From Nostoc sp. PCC 7120 = FACHB-418 (lineage in GTDB: Bacteria > Cyanobacteriota > Cyanobacteriia > Cyanobacteriales > Nostocaceae), in the NCBI RefSeq assembly GCF_000009705.1, contig NC_003272.1, positions 5,730,001 to 5,762,000 on the forward strand: a stretch of 32,000 bases of DNA. The letters run 5' to 3'. Below are positions 16,424 to 27,500 of the stretch, piece after piece (the stretch's first letter is position 1; each line of letters starts with the position of its first letter). The translations under genes were made by a program, and so were the position numbers. Under the pieces are notes generated by a model, which saw nothing but the letters and a program-made list of their open reading frames with translations, was not told the origin of the DNA and did no database searches.

Positions 16424-17502
16424 TCAGAAGTGGAGTACACCCAGTTGTTGACGAATAGTAGCAATATCCTGGGGTAGGATTGAAGTATTACCATTGGGAG
16501 AAGTCTGACCTAAAGCTTGCAAATCGGCTTCTACCATTAGTGCTACCAATTCGTTAAAGGTGACAGAAGGCTTCCATCCCAATTTCTGTTGTGCCTTGGT
16601 AGGATCACCAATTAATAAATCTACTTCTGCTGGACGCAGATAACGCTCATCAAACTCTACATAATCTTGCCAGTTAAGATTTACATAGCTAAAAGCCAAC
16701 TCAAGAAATTCACGTACTGAGTGGTTTCGCCGGTAGCAACTACATAATCATCTGGTTGTTCTTGTTGCAACATCAACCACATAGCTCGGACATAATCTTT
16801 GGCATAACCCCAATCCCTCTTGGCATCAAGATTACCCATATAGATGCTTTTCTGATTGCCGGCTACAATCTGGGCAACAGCTCTTGTAATTTTGCGGGTG
16901 ACAAAAGTTTCACCGCGACGAGGTGATTCATGGTTAAAAAGTATGCCATTACAAGCAAATAAACCGTAAGATTCCCGATAATTTACTGTTTGCCAGTGGG
17001 CATAAACTTTGGCACAAGCGTAGGGACTACGGGGATAAAATGGTGTAGTTTCGCTTTGAGGTACAGCTTGTACTAAACCATACATTTCCGAAGAACCTGC
17101 TTGATAAAATCGTACTTGAATACCTGTGCGTCGCTGGTAGTCACGGATAGCTTCTAATAACCGTAGTGTTCCCATACCTACGGCATCTACTGTATATTCT
17201 GGCGAATCAAAACTTACTCGCACATGAGATTGAGCGCCTAAGTTATAGATTTCTGTTGGTTGAACTTCTTCGAGAATTCGGCGTAGTGTTGTACCATCGG
17301 TTAAATCACCGTAGTGAAGAAATAACCGCGCTCCTTCTTGGTGGGGATCTTCATAAATGTGATCGATGCGGTCTGTATTGAATGTGGAAGTCCGGCGAAT
17401 AATACCGTGAACTTCATAACCTTGTTCTATGAGAAATTCGCTTAGATATGAACCATCTTGACCAGTAATCCCAGTTATTAATGCTCGCTTGTTTTGGTTC
17501 AT
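16424..17502 (-). pseudogene. gmd: GDP-mannose 4,6-dehydratase with a frameshift (two ORFs, 16681..17502 and 16424..16699)
   Basis: The N-terminal ORF has [14 protein letters not shown], the [10 protein letters not shown] catalytic YxxxK and NHESPRRG. After ...[10 protein letters not shown] the frame yields [13 protein letters not shown]-stop, while the other frame reads [35 protein letters not shown], the normal Gmd continuation. This is consistent with loss of one C in GAAACC(C)ACTCA (complement of about 16721..16727). Confidence 0.8.
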
Positions 17503-18038
17503 GCTTTGTTTATTCCTTATTCTCGGTGATGAAATTTTCGCAGGTCAATTGATACAACCTAGCAGGTAATGACTAAATTGCCTAACGGTAAACTTACGCG
17601 TTTTAAAGAGTACCCGGATTGTATCGTAAATAAATATACTGAAATAAAGAGCAATTTTTTCTGGCAACTCAGCTTTAAGACTCACAAGTCAAGTTTTTTA
17701 AAGCATTTTACCCTTTTTATCAGCGATTTTACCAAGATTTTTCTTGGCCAAAACTTTACACAAATGTCACTTTTATTAAGTTGGAATTAATCAAATATTG
17801 AAAATGAATGAATATTGACTATAGCTAGATGAGGATACATCACAAGACTTAGTTCACATAGTTGATAATAAATAATAGTTCAATAGTTAGTAATTGGTAA
17901 TAGCTAATAGGCAATAGGTGAATTTTTTCTAATACCAATTTCTGATTACCAACTACCTGAAATATATTGTCCAGAAGAACATAATATTCTTTGTGTGAAG
18001 GGGGAAATAATGCCCCCTAGCAAAAAAATTCTTTTTCG

Positions 18039-18800
18039 TCAGTATGCTCCGTTATTTTTAGGCATGATTACCACATCAATTGTTTTCAATATAATCCATA
18101 AGTCCAACCAGAGAGTCCTAGATTTCACATAATGCAAATCGATTTGCACTCGTCGGGGATAGGGAATGTCATTCCTTCCTGAAACTTGCCATAATCCAGT
18201 AATCCCTGGTCGAATTGTTAGAACTTGTTCGATGTGATCACCATATTTTGGTAATTCTTCTGCTACTAAAGGGCGTGGGCCAACAACACTCATATCCCCT
18301 TTTAAAACATTCCAGAATTGGGGAAATTCATCCAGGCTGGTAATTCGTAAAAATTGACCAATCTTAGTAATTCTGGGGTCTTTTTTGAGCTTAAAACTAC
18401 TTTCAAATTCCTGCCGCAACTGTGGTGATGTTTCCATCATTTGCATGAGGACTTCATCAGCGTTGCTGACCATTGTCCGGAATTTAATACAATTAAAGGG
18501 TTTGTAGTTTTGGCCGATTCTTTCTTGGACATAAAAAATTGGGCCTTCTGAGCTTAAAGCAATCAGCGATGCCAAGATTAAATAGACTGGTGAGAATAGG
18601 ATCAACACCAATAAAGAAAACACAATATCGAAAAGTCTTTTCGCAAACTCTCCGTTGATACCTTGCAAAGACAAACCTTTGGGTTTGATTTTAGGTGTCT
18701 TTGTTTTTTGACCACGCTTGACTGTAGAACGCATAGACGAGCTAGCATCTTGCCGTAAGCGTCGTTTGCCGGAGAGGAGTGAACTCTGGGCAGTCATCAT
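18039..18800 (-). CDS. small phosphoglycosyl transferase, bacterial sugar transferase family (paralog of 13193..13900)
   Basis: The hallmark blocks are [73 protein letters not shown] and [14 protein letters not shown]. The track start at 18824 is a GTG. The tandem ATG ATG at 18800/18797 directly follows AAGGAG and is the more likely start. Confidence 0.85.
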   Translation of the reverse strand: MMTAQSSLLSGKRRLRQDASSSMRSTVKRGQKTKTPKIKPKGLSLQGINGEFAKRLFDIVFSLLVLILFSPVYLILASLIALSSEGPIFYVQERIGQNYKPFNCIKFRTMVSNADEVLMQMMETSPQLRQEFESSFKLKKDPRITKIGQFLRITSLDEFPQFWNVLKGDMSVVGPRPLVAEELPKYGDHIEQVLTIRPGITGLWQVSGRNDIPYPRRVQIDLHYVKSRTLWLDLWIILKTIDVVIMPKNNGAY

Positions 18801-18907
18801 ACTCCTTAATAATCCACACCACACATAGTCCCAATCTTAAAGCCAAAAGGATGTGCTTCTGGGGTTAAATTGCCAAAAGCATACAAAAGAATTACAAAAA
18901 ATTCTGC

Positions 18908-20053
18908 CTAACCTGCTAAATTAGGCTTTTGTTGATGGCACTGGTCTAAAAAATCTAGATAGCGCTTGGCAAAGTTTTGCGGGGAAAACTCAGCAGCGTG
19001 CGATCGCATATACTCAGGGTCAAGAGCATCTTGATACATTTCAAATTTTTCTACTGCCTCCACCAAAGCTGCTTGAGTTTGCATTTTAAAAAATATACCT
19101 GTTCCTGTATCTTTATAAGATCGTACATCCCTAACTGTTTCCGTGGCACCTCCGACACCATAGGCAATTACCGGAGTACCACAAGCTTGTGCTTCCACTA
19201 AAGCTATACCAAAATCTTCACAGGCAGCATAGACAAAAGCCTTGGCTTTGGTCATATACTTTTTGACTACATCATCAGGCTGCCACCCTAATATTTGAAT
19301 ATTAGAATTAGCTAGCTGGCGAATCTGTTTCATTTCTGAACCTGTACCGATGATGATTAATGGCCGTTGCAATTGGTTAAACGCTTTCACAATTAGGGAT
19401 ACCTGTTTATAACTCACTAATCGGCAAACTGTGAGATAAAAATCCTCTTTGTGAGGTGAAAACGGAAATTCTGCCACATTCACCGGGGGATAAATAACTT
19501 TGGCTTCTCGGCGATAGCAACGCCATATCCGCCTAGCTGTGTAATGGGAATTGGCAATGAAGTAATCGACTCGATTGGCGCTTAACACATCCCATTGGCG
19601 TAAACGATGTAACAAGTATCGAGTCACCCATCCCGCTACACCATTCCCCATTTGGCTGGAACGCAAATAATCAAAGGTTAAGTCCCAGGCGTAACGCATA
19701 GGACTATGACAGTAGCAAATATGTAGCTGGTCAGCAGTGGTCAATACGCCTTTGGCGACAGCATGAGATGAGGACAAGATTACGTCATACTGGCGCAAGT
19801 CCAATTGTTCGATTGCCAGGGGTAAAAAGGGTAGGTACTTTTGGATACCATTACGGGCAAAGGGAAAGTGCTGGAGGAAGGTCTTGCCAATCTGACGTTG
19901 GTATAAATAACTTTCAGGATTGTTAGACTCAAAGTCGATGAGGGCGTATAAATCGGCATCGACATGATGCAGAATTTCTTTGACAACGAGTTCTGAACCG
20001 CCGGTGGCTTTTGGTGTCAGCCACTCATGAACAAGAGCATATTTCAATGGCAC
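18908..20053 (-). CDS. glycosyltransferase, GT4 family (GT-B fold)
   Basis: The C-terminal nucleotide-sugar binding block EDFGIALVEAQACGTPVIAYGVGGATETV (E-x7-E region) and the N-terminal HEWL...GG.E pattern are typical of group-1 glycosyltransferases. The start is GTG. Confidence 0.8.
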   Translation of the reverse strand: MPLKYALVHEWLTPKATGGSELVVKEILHHVDADLYALIDFESNNPESYLYQRQIGKTFLQHFPFARNGIQKYLPFLPLAIEQLDLRQYDVILSSSHAVAKGVLTTADQLHICYCHSPMRYAWDLTFDYLRSSQMGNGVAGWVTRYLLHRLRQWDVLSANRVDYFIANSHYTARRIWRCYRREAKVIYPPVNVAEFPFSPHKEDFYLTVCRLVSYKQVSLIVKAFNQLQRPLIIIGTGSEMKQIRQLANSNIQILGWQPDDVVKKYMTKAKAFVYAACEDFGIALVEAQACGTPVIAYGVGGATETVRDVRSYKDTGTGIFFKMQTQAALVEAVEKFEMYQDALDPEYMRSHAAEFSPQNFAKRYLDFLDQCHQQKPNLAG

Positions 20054-20311
20054 AGCTAACTAACTTTAAGGTGTAGAAATTAAAGGAGGCAAGAGGCAGA
20101 GGGAGCAAGCCAGAAGCAAATTAAACCCCTCCAACCTTGAAGCCACGGAAAAAATTACTCTATGGCAAGCTGACGCAAAAGTCATGACTTTTTCAGGCAA
20201 ATTCCCCTTTGCAAGCAAGAAATGGAAAGCGCTTCAGATAAAAAATACAGACGTACTTCTCTGAGGGGAGGTTCCAGAAGGATACAGCAACCTGATAACC
20301 TCAAATCAGGG

Positions 20312-20398
20312 ATTGGGTATTGGGTATTGGGGGTTGAGTAAGGGGATAATATTTTCTTTATTCTTATGTTTCCTCCTAGTCACCAGTCGCCAGTCCCC
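20312..20398. repeat. two STRR-like heptamer arrays in the 5' intergenic region
   Basis: ATTGGGT ATTGGGT ATTGGGG lies at 20312..20332 and TAGTCAC CAGTCGC CAGTCCC at 20378..20398. Imperfect hairpins follow at roughly 20420..20500 (GGGGGAAACCCCC; CTACGACAGGCTTACGCTA/TAGCGTCTCGTAG). Confidence 0.7.
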
Positions 20399-20529
20399 CC
20401 TTCGGGGTTCGCCAGTCGCTAATGGGGGAAACCCCCTTGTCTACGACAGGCTTACGCTAACGTGTAGCGTCTCGTAGAGAATACCGCGCTGGCTCACCAT
20501 TCCCTCAAAAACATAGCAATGGGTAATTT

Positions 20530-21465
20530 ATGCGAATTTTAATAATGGGTGGTACTAGGTTCATTGGTGTCTATTTGACGCAAATCCTGGTTGAACAAGG
20601 ACATGAGGTAGTACTTTTCAATCGTGGTAATCGACCGTTACCAGCTTTACAGGGAGTAGGACAAATTATAGGCGATCGCACGGATGCCACGCAGCTCAAA
20701 GAAAAATTATCAGCAGAAAATTTTGATGTTGTTTTTGACAATAACGGGCGGGAATTAACGGATACTCAACCACTGGCGGAAATTTTCCAAGATAGAGTGC
20801 AGCATTTTGTTTATATGAGTTCTGCGGGGGTTTATCTCAAATCCGACCAGCTACCCCATATAGAAGGGGATAAGGTAGACCCCAAAAGTCGCCACAAAGG
20901 TAAGCATGAAACCGAGGCTTATTTGCAGCAAATAGGATTACCCTTTACCTCGATTCGTCCCACCTACATTTACGGCCCACGTAACTACAATGATTTAGAA
21001 AGCTGGTTCTTTGATCGGATTGTACGCGATCGCCCCCTGCCCATTCCAGTTAATGGGCTGCATATTACTCAGTTAGGTCATGTCAAAGATTTAGCAATGG
21101 CAATGTCGCAAGTGATTGGCAACAAACAGGCGATTGGGCAAGTATATAATATTTCTGGCGATCGCTATGTCACGTTTGATGGTTTAGCTCGTGCTTGCGC
21201 CCAAGCCTTGGGAAAATCAGCCGATGATCTTAAAATTGTCCATTACGACCCGAAAAAATTTGATTTTGGTAAACGCAAAGCTTTCCCCATGCGAGTGCAA
21301 CATTTCTTTGCTTCAGTAAATAAAGCACAGACAGAATTAAATTGGCAACCGCAATATGATTTAATTTCTGGGCTGGCTGACGCTTATGAAAATGATTATG
21401 TAGCAAGTGGACGCGATAAATCAGAAATAGATTTCTCTGTAGATGACGAGATTCTCAAAGCTTAG
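20530..21465 (+). CDS. NAD(P)-dependent epimerase/dehydratase-family SDR protein (CSP41-like)
   Basis: The N-terminal Rossmann motif is ILIMGGTRFIGVYL. The length and blocks (YMSSAGVY, RPTYIYGP) resemble the atypical SDR group related to chloroplast CSP41. Confidence 0.7.
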   Translation: MRILIMGGTRFIGVYLTQILVEQGHEVVLFNRGNRPLPALQGVGQIIGDRTDATQLKEKLSAENFDVVFDNNGRELTDTQPLAEIFQDRVQHFVYMSSAGVYLKSDQLPHIEGDKVDPKSRHKGKHETEAYLQQIGLPFTSIRPTYIYGPRNYNDLESWFFDRIVRDRPLPIPVNGLHITQLGHVKDLAMAMSQVIGNKQAIGQVYNISGDRYVTFDGLARACAQALGKSADDLKIVHYDPKKFDFGKRKAFPMRVQHFFASVNKAQTELNWQPQYDLISGLADAYENDYVASGRDKSEIDFSVDDEILKA

Positions 21466-21523
21466 AATCGAGTTATGAGTGCTGGGTACTGAGTAAGAAT
21501 TTTTTCTCTGCTCCTCTACCCCG

Positions 21524-21631
21524 CTCTTTGACCACTCATACTAGTTTGGTCAAAAACGATGAGATAGAGAAATGAAAATGAATGGTTTTGATTTCTCTTT
21601 GACCACTCATACTAGTTTGGTCAAAAACGAT
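21524..21631. repeat. two identical 37-bp hairpin-containing repeats spaced 71 bp start to start
   Basis: CTCTTTGACCACTCATACTAGTTTGGTCAAAAACGAT occurs at 21524..21560 and 21595..21631. Each contains the stem TTTGACCA/TGGTCAAA. They lie between convergent genes. Confidence 0.9.
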
Positions 21632-21638
21632 AACATAT

Positions 21639-22928
21639 TTAATTTAAAGTTTCAGGCAAAGAAGTTTTCTGCTCATTAGCAATATTGCGTTCATACCAAC
21701 TCATTAATGGCGTAGCAGATATGCCATGTATAACTACAGAAACTACCACCGTAGTGTAAGTTATCCAAGCTATTTCTTCGGCAACTGCATCTTTTAAACC
21801 ATGACCAAAGGCATAGGCGAGATAATATAAGGAACCAACGCCACGAATGCCAAACCAGCCAAGTAACCAGCGAGTTCCAGGATGGAGGCGGCGGCGATGG
21901 GATGCTAAAGGACGTTTGCCAATGGTGCTAATCCAGGCTCCAATAGGTCGAATAATTAAAAATAGGAAAATAATTATTATCAAAGACTGATAGCCATAGT
22001 TAATTATTGGTTGCCATAGTAATATCGAACCTAATAATAATATTGTGCCAACTTCTAAAAGTTTTTCTAAGCGTTCAATAAATTCTAATTGTGCAAGTGG
22101 TTTTTCTGGATTTCTATAAGTATCTTGGAAAACTAATCCAGCAATAAATACTGCTAAAAATCCATAACCGTTGACAACTTCTGTTAGAGAATAAGTTAAC
22201 AATATTGCACTGAGAGCAATAAAATCTTCCATCAACGCATCAGCAGAACGACGCTTCTGGACTTTTTGATCAATCCAAACTATTGCTTTGGCAACAACAA
22301 AACCCATAATTAATGCAGCAGCGATCGCCCAAATTAAATCAACTGCTACCCACTGCTTAAACCATGTGTTCCAGTTGTCATCTTTGATAGCAAAAAGTCC
22401 AAAATAGACAAAAGGAAATGCTAAGGCATCATTTAAACCACCTTCCGAGGTTAAACCAAAACGTAGCTCATCTTTATCATTGATATCTGTTAGTTGAACT
22501 TCCGATGCTAACACTGGGTCAGTGGGGGCAAGAATGGCTCCTAATAAAATCGCTTCGCCCCAATTCATGCCTAAAAATAATTTAGCTACAACAGCTATGG
22601 CAAAAATAGAAATAGGCATTAAGAAACCAATAAGGCGTGCGGTAATATCCCACACTCTACGTCTCAGGGGATGGATTATTTTTAATCCACAGCTAAAAAC
22701 GGAAATAATGACGACAAATTCTGTGATTCTTTCCAATAAATCTGCATTAAATACATCATCCCGCCTTAGTTGTATCAACCCAAAGCCATAAGGGCCGAGA
22801 ATGATTCCCACTAAGAGATATATCAAGGCAAAAGATAGAGGTAACCGCGAAATCCAACCAGAACCTAATGTAACGACGAGCAAAAGTAGCCCAATTACAA
22901 ATAGGTCAATAATATAAATATCTACCAT
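21639..22928 (-). CDS. cation/proton (Na+/H+) antiporter, CPA1/NhaP-like
   Basis: The 429-aa polytopic membrane protein has about 11 to 12 hydrophobic segments. The segments LGAILAPTDPV and SEGGLNDALAFPF match the conserved Na_H_exchanger core (TDP and ND motifs). Confidence 0.8.
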   Translation of the reverse strand: MVDIYIIDLFVIGLLLLVVTLGSGWISRLPLSFALIYLLVGIILGPYGFGLIQLRRDDVFNADLLERITEFVVIISVFSCGLKIIHPLRRRVWDITARLIGFLMPISIFAIAVVAKLFLGMNWGEAILLGAILAPTDPVLASEVQLTDINDKDELRFGLTSEGGLNDALAFPFVYFGLFAIKDDNWNTWFKQWVAVDLIWAIAAALIMGFVVAKAIVWIDQKVQKRRSADALMEDFIALSAILLTYSLTEVVNGYGFLAVFIAGLVFQDTYRNPEKPLAQLEFIERLEKLLEVGTILLLGSILLWQPIINYGYQSLIIIIFLFLIIRPIGAWISTIGKRPLASHRRRLHPGTRWLLGWFGIRGVGSLYYLAYAFGHGLKDAVAEEIAWITYTTVVVSVVIHGISATPLMSWYERNIANEQKTSLPETLN

Positions 22929-23082
22929 ATAATTTATGTATAAAAAATCTGGATAGCTACGTTATTTTAGAAGCGATCGCCTATTTGTATAAATGATCTA
23001 CAGATAGATATTATTAAGATGATTTATCTTTATTTCTACTTCTGCTAGCTGAGTTAGGATAGTACCAAAAGGAGCATTTGTC

Positions 23083-24450
23083 ATGAAACTTCCAGATAGT
23101 CCAAAAATACCAAAATTTATGCAGCTAGTGCAGTGGATTTATCAGCCATTACAACTAATGGAAGCATCTGCCAAAGCTCATGGAGATTCTTTTACACTAT
23201 GGCTAACCAATAAACGACCAATAGTATTTTTGAGTAACCCGCAAGCCATTCAAGAACTTTTTACTACTCCATTAGAACAATTAGACGCTAGAGGGACAGC
23301 CCAAGTTTTACAACCTTTATTAGGGGAAAATTCTTTACTGTTGCTGTCTGGAGAAACTCACCAGCGCCAGCGTAAGTTGTTAACACCGCCTTTTCATGGC
23401 GATCGCATGAGGGCTTATGGCGATATCATTACTAACATCACCAAAGAAGTCATCAGTAATTGGCAATTAGGCAAACCCTTCTCAGTGCGCGACTCTATGC
23501 AGGAAATTACCTTGCGGGTCATTTTACAAGCTGTTTTTGGTTTACGCGAGGGAGAACGTTACACCCAACTGCAAAAACGCCTCTGTGACATCTTAGATTT
23601 AAGCGGTTCTGCCTTACGTTCTACCCTTTCCTTTTTGCCTGCATTGCAGATAGACTTAGGTCGCTGGAGTCCTTGGGGTCACTTCTTGCGTCAACGAGAG
23701 GCAATTGACCAACTGCTTTACGCCGAAATTCAAGACCGCAGAGATCATCCAGACCCATCCCGCACTGATATCCTGTCCTTGATGATGGCAGCACGGGATG
23801 AAAATGGCGAAGCCATGACCGATGTTGAATTGCGGGATGAATTGATGACGTTGTTAGTCGCAGGTCATGAAACCACCGCCTCAGCTTTGACATGGGCTTT
23901 ATACTGGATTCACAAATTACCGCAAGTACGAGAGAAACTTCTGGCTGAGTTAGATAATTTTGGTGACAATGGCGACGTAAATGAAATTACTCGCTTACCT
24001 TATTTAACGGCTGTCTGTCAGGAGACACTACGCATTTATCCCATTGCGATGGTGACCATTCCGCGTATTACCAAGACAAATTTAGAAATTGGTGGTCATC
24101 AATTTGCACCAGGAACAATGCTTGTCGGCTGCATTTATTTAATGCACCGCCGACCAGATTTATATCCCCAACCGCAAGAGTTTAAGCCAGAAAGGTTTTT
24201 AGAAAAGCAGTATTCGTTATATGAATATCTACCATTTGGTGGCAGTAACCGTCGCTGTGTAGGTATGGCTTTTGCCTTGTATGAGATGAAATTAATTTTG
24301 GCGACGGTCTTAGCAAATGTAGACTTAGCACTAGTTGATAACTATCCCGTCAAACCCACCCGACGCGGTGTCACCTTAGCACCCTCCGGCGGTAAATGGT
24401 TAATCGCCACCGCACAGCATCAAAAAATCAAAAACCCTGTAGAAGTATAG
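23083..24450 (+). CDS. cytochrome P450 monooxygenase (CYP110-like)
   Basis: The I-helix AGHETT, K-helix ETLR (ExxR) and heme-binding loop FGGSNRRCVGMAFA (FxxGxRxCxG) are present. AAGGAG lies 8 nt before the ATG. Confidence 0.92.
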   Translation: MKLPDSPKIPKFMQLVQWIYQPLQLMEASAKAHGDSFTLWLTNKRPIVFLSNPQAIQELFTTPLEQLDARGTAQVLQPLLGENSLLLLSGETHQRQRKLLTPPFHGDRMRAYGDIITNITKEVISNWQLGKPFSVRDSMQEITLRVILQAVFGLREGERYTQLQKRLCDILDLSGSALRSTLSFLPALQIDLGRWSPWGHFLRQREAIDQLLYAEIQDRRDHPDPSRTDILSLMMAARDENGEAMTDVELRDELMTLLVAGHETTASALTWALYWIHKLPQVREKLLAELDNFGDNGDVNEITRLPYLTAVCQETLRIYPIAMVTIPRITKTNLEIGGHQFAPGTMLVGCIYLMHRRPDLYPQPQEFKPERFLEKQYSLYEYLPFGGSNRRCVGMAFALYEMKLILATVLANVDLALVDNYPVKPTRRGVTLAPSGGKWLIATAQHQKIKNPVEV

Positions 24451-24462
24451 TTAATTGCCACA

Positions 24463-24498
24463 GCGATCGCCTATATTATTTTCCCATAGAGCGATCGC
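24463..24498. terminator. HIP1-based hairpin, candidate bidirectional terminator
   Basis: GCGATCGCCTAT (24463..24474) can pair with ATAGAGCGATCGC (24486..24498) with one bulge. It lies between the convergent P450 and WD40 genes. No clear U-tract is present. Confidence 0.35.
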
Positions 24499-24513
24499 GC
24501 CCCAATCAATACT

Positions 24514-27500
24514 TTACTTCAATATATCGCAGAGACGGCGATCGCTCTCTGTGACATGAGGGTTATTCTCTAGATAATCTTGTAGCCAATTACAACCACG
24601 CGCCAGTAATTGGTCTAAATTTTCTATCGGCCATAATCTCACGGTGCGATCATCAGAAGCCGTGGCAATATACTGATCATCAGGACTGATACTAATACTT
24701 CTGACTGCACCTTTATGTCCTTTGAATTGCGCTAGTTGCTGTCCGTTAAGATTCCATAACCTAGCGGTGCGATCGTCGGAACTAGTAGCGATATACTGCC
24801 CATTATGACTAAAAACGGCACTCTTCACCGGGGCTTGATGTCCTCTAAATTCGGTCACTATTTGCCCATCCAGAGTCCACAATTTAGCTGTATGGTCTTC
24901 AGAAGCAGTCACCAGATATTGACAATCAGGGCTAAAATTCACACTCCAAACTATACTTTGATGCCCCAAGAATTGCCCGACCTGTCGTCCTGCCAGATTC
25001 CACAATCTAGCGGTACAGTCATCAGCAGCAGTCGCAATATGCTGACCATTGCAACTAAAACTCACATATCGCACCCATTTATCATGCCCTTTAAATTGCA
25101 TCAACTCCTGACCATCAAGACTCCATAATCTAGTCGTCAAGTCAGAGGAAGCAGTAGCGATGTGCTGGCCATCCGGGCTAAAACTAACGCTCCAAACTGT
25201 ACCTTGATGTCCTGGAAATTGCTGAAGTAACTGCCCTGTAATATCCCATAATCGTACCGTCCGGTCAGAGGAAGTAGTAGCAATATATTTACCGTCGGGG
25301 CTAAAACTCACACTCCAAACTTTTCCTCGATGTCCAAGGAACTGTAAAAGCTCCTCACCTTTAATATTCCACAAACGTACAGTCCGGTCATCGGCAGCAG
25401 TAACGACTTTCTGCCCATCAGGGCTAAAATCTACGCTCCTAACTGTACTCTGATGTCCTTGAAATGCGGAAAACTGCTGCTTGTTGAGGTGCCACAATCG
25501 GACTGTACGGTCGGAAGATGCAGTCGCAATATATTTACCATCTGGGCTAAAACTGACGCTTCGCACATAGTCCTGATGTCCTGAGAATTGCGCTAGTTGC
25601 TGACCATTGAGATTCCAAACCCTAGCGGTACGGTCAGAGGAAGTTGTAGCGATATATTGACCATTGGGGCTAAAACGCACACTCCAAACCACACCCTGAT
25701 GGCCTCGAAATCTGGTTATTTGTTCTCCTGCAAGGTTCCATAACCGAGATGTACCGTCAGAGGAGGCGGTAGCAATGTACTGACTATCGGGGCTAAAACT
25801 TACATCCCAAACACAATCTTGATGTCCTGGGAATCGGACAAGCAATTTCCCCTTGAGGTTCCATAATCTGACTATACGGTCATCAGCAGCTGTGGCGATG
25901 TGTTTACCATCTGGGCTAAAACTGATACACCAGACGGTTCCTTGATGTCCAGGAAACTGCACTAGCTGCTGACCGCTAAAACTCCATAATCTGGCGGTGT
26001 GGTCATCACCAGCCGTGGCAATATGTTTACCATCTGGGCTGAAACTGACACTCCGCACATAGCCCTGATGACCTTGAAATTTGGCTAATTGTTGACCGCT
26101 AAAGTTCCATAACCTGGCTGTCCGGTCAGAGGAAGCAGTGGCAATATATTTGCCATCAGGACTGAAATTGGCACTCCAAATTGTATCTTCATGTCCTTGC
26201 AATGAGATTAATTGTTTGCCTTGGAGATTCCATAATCTGGCGGTACAGTCGTCAGAAGCCGTAAGGATATACTGACCATCACGACTAAAACTGACACTCC
26301 TGACCCAGGCTTGATGTCCTTGGAACTGGTTACGCTCTTGGATATTGTCTAAAATCGTCTGCAAAGCCAGTAATGGACTAGTTGCTGGGTATTTTGCCAG
26401 AGAGCGACCGTCTTTGACTAAAGCTTGCAAGGCTTTTCCACTCCGCATTGCTGACATGAGGGCATCCAATTGTGCAAAATCGAACTGTCGTACAGCGCTG
26501 ACTCCTTCCTGTTCTAAGGTTGTCCCTGCTTGTGCTTCTCTGAGGGCAACTTGTTGTTTTTCTAATTCTGCGTTGACTTGAGTTAGTATGGTTTCTACCC
26601 GCTCTAGCTCTTGTTCAATTTGTTTTCTTTGTTGCCGTTCCTGTTCGAGTTCTGCTAACAATTCATTTCCCTGCTGTTGACGAATGAACGGCACTAGATA
26701 ATCATGTACTAATTGATAGCGATCTGCTGGTACTTCTGGTAAGAGTAACACTAACCCAGACTTCACAAAAATTTCTAATATTAAATCTAATGTTTTTATC
26801 TCTGGTTTTAAATCTGAGGCCAAATCAGTCCGAGTTTTGAGAGGACGAGTACCGTTTTCATCTGTGAGTAAATATAATACTAAGCGCGCCATGTGTTCAT
26901 TTTCTGAACCACAATTTCTAATAACCGTTTCTAAAAACCTTTCTACTAATTTTTCTTTAGTACCAAACTGACAATATTTTTCTAAAGTATTAATTTTTTC
27001 TGTTTGCATTTGCGCCCCCACAATCTGTAATTCAATGGGACGTACTTCCCCAAACTGGCATGATAAATCTTCAACTAGCTTATCTATAAGTTTAGGTTCT
27101 AAGTAAAAGTGTGTTTTCTCTGTCAGGTTTTGGATAATAGCTTTAGCATCTGCGGGGGAAAAATTACCCAAGTAATAACGAATATTTTTATCTAAAATAT
27201 TATTATTAATTGACCCCAAATTAAATAATCGTTCTAATTCTAGTAAGTAGTGTAAATAATCTTCCCGCAACGAAAGTACAATCTTGACAAAAGGAATATC
27301 CAAACAAAAACTTAAAAAATCGTAAAAGGCTTTTCTGCTAGCTTTATCTGTATAAACGAAGAAAAACTCCTCAAACTGGTCAAAAATTAACACTGTTAAA
27401 AGATGGCGCTCAGAATTCTTCTGTAATTGCTCTCTAATGGCTACGGCTGAATTAAGATCATGAGATAACTTATAACCTCTAACTTCCTCAACAGCTTGTG

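Noticed and set aside
16424-17502. Programmed frameshifting or two genuine separate genes as the explanation for the split gmd.
   Set aside because: There is no slippery heptamer at the junction. The junction is explained by one missing C within conserved ETHSVREF, and the 91-aa tail has no independent function in known Gmd proteins. A mutation or sequencing error is more parsimonious.
17626-17639. GTA-N8-TAC (NtcA-like) palindrome about 125 nt upstream of gmd.
   Set aside because: It lacks the flanking T/A of the TGTA-N8-TACA consensus. The hexamer at the expected -10 distance is TAAAAC rather than TAN3T. Such a match is also expected by chance in very AT-rich DNA.
17569-17790. 73-aa ORF in the AT-rich 535-bp region upstream of gmd.
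   Set aside because: Its composition is Lys/Phe/Ser/Leu-rich, as expected for AT-rich non-coding DNA. It has no RBS or motif.
24631-26322. Regular 123-bp periodicity considered as a possible CRISPR or non-coding tandem array.
   Set aside because: The periodicity lies entirely within one long open reading frame and translates to canonical WD40 blades. There is no repeat/spacer alternation.
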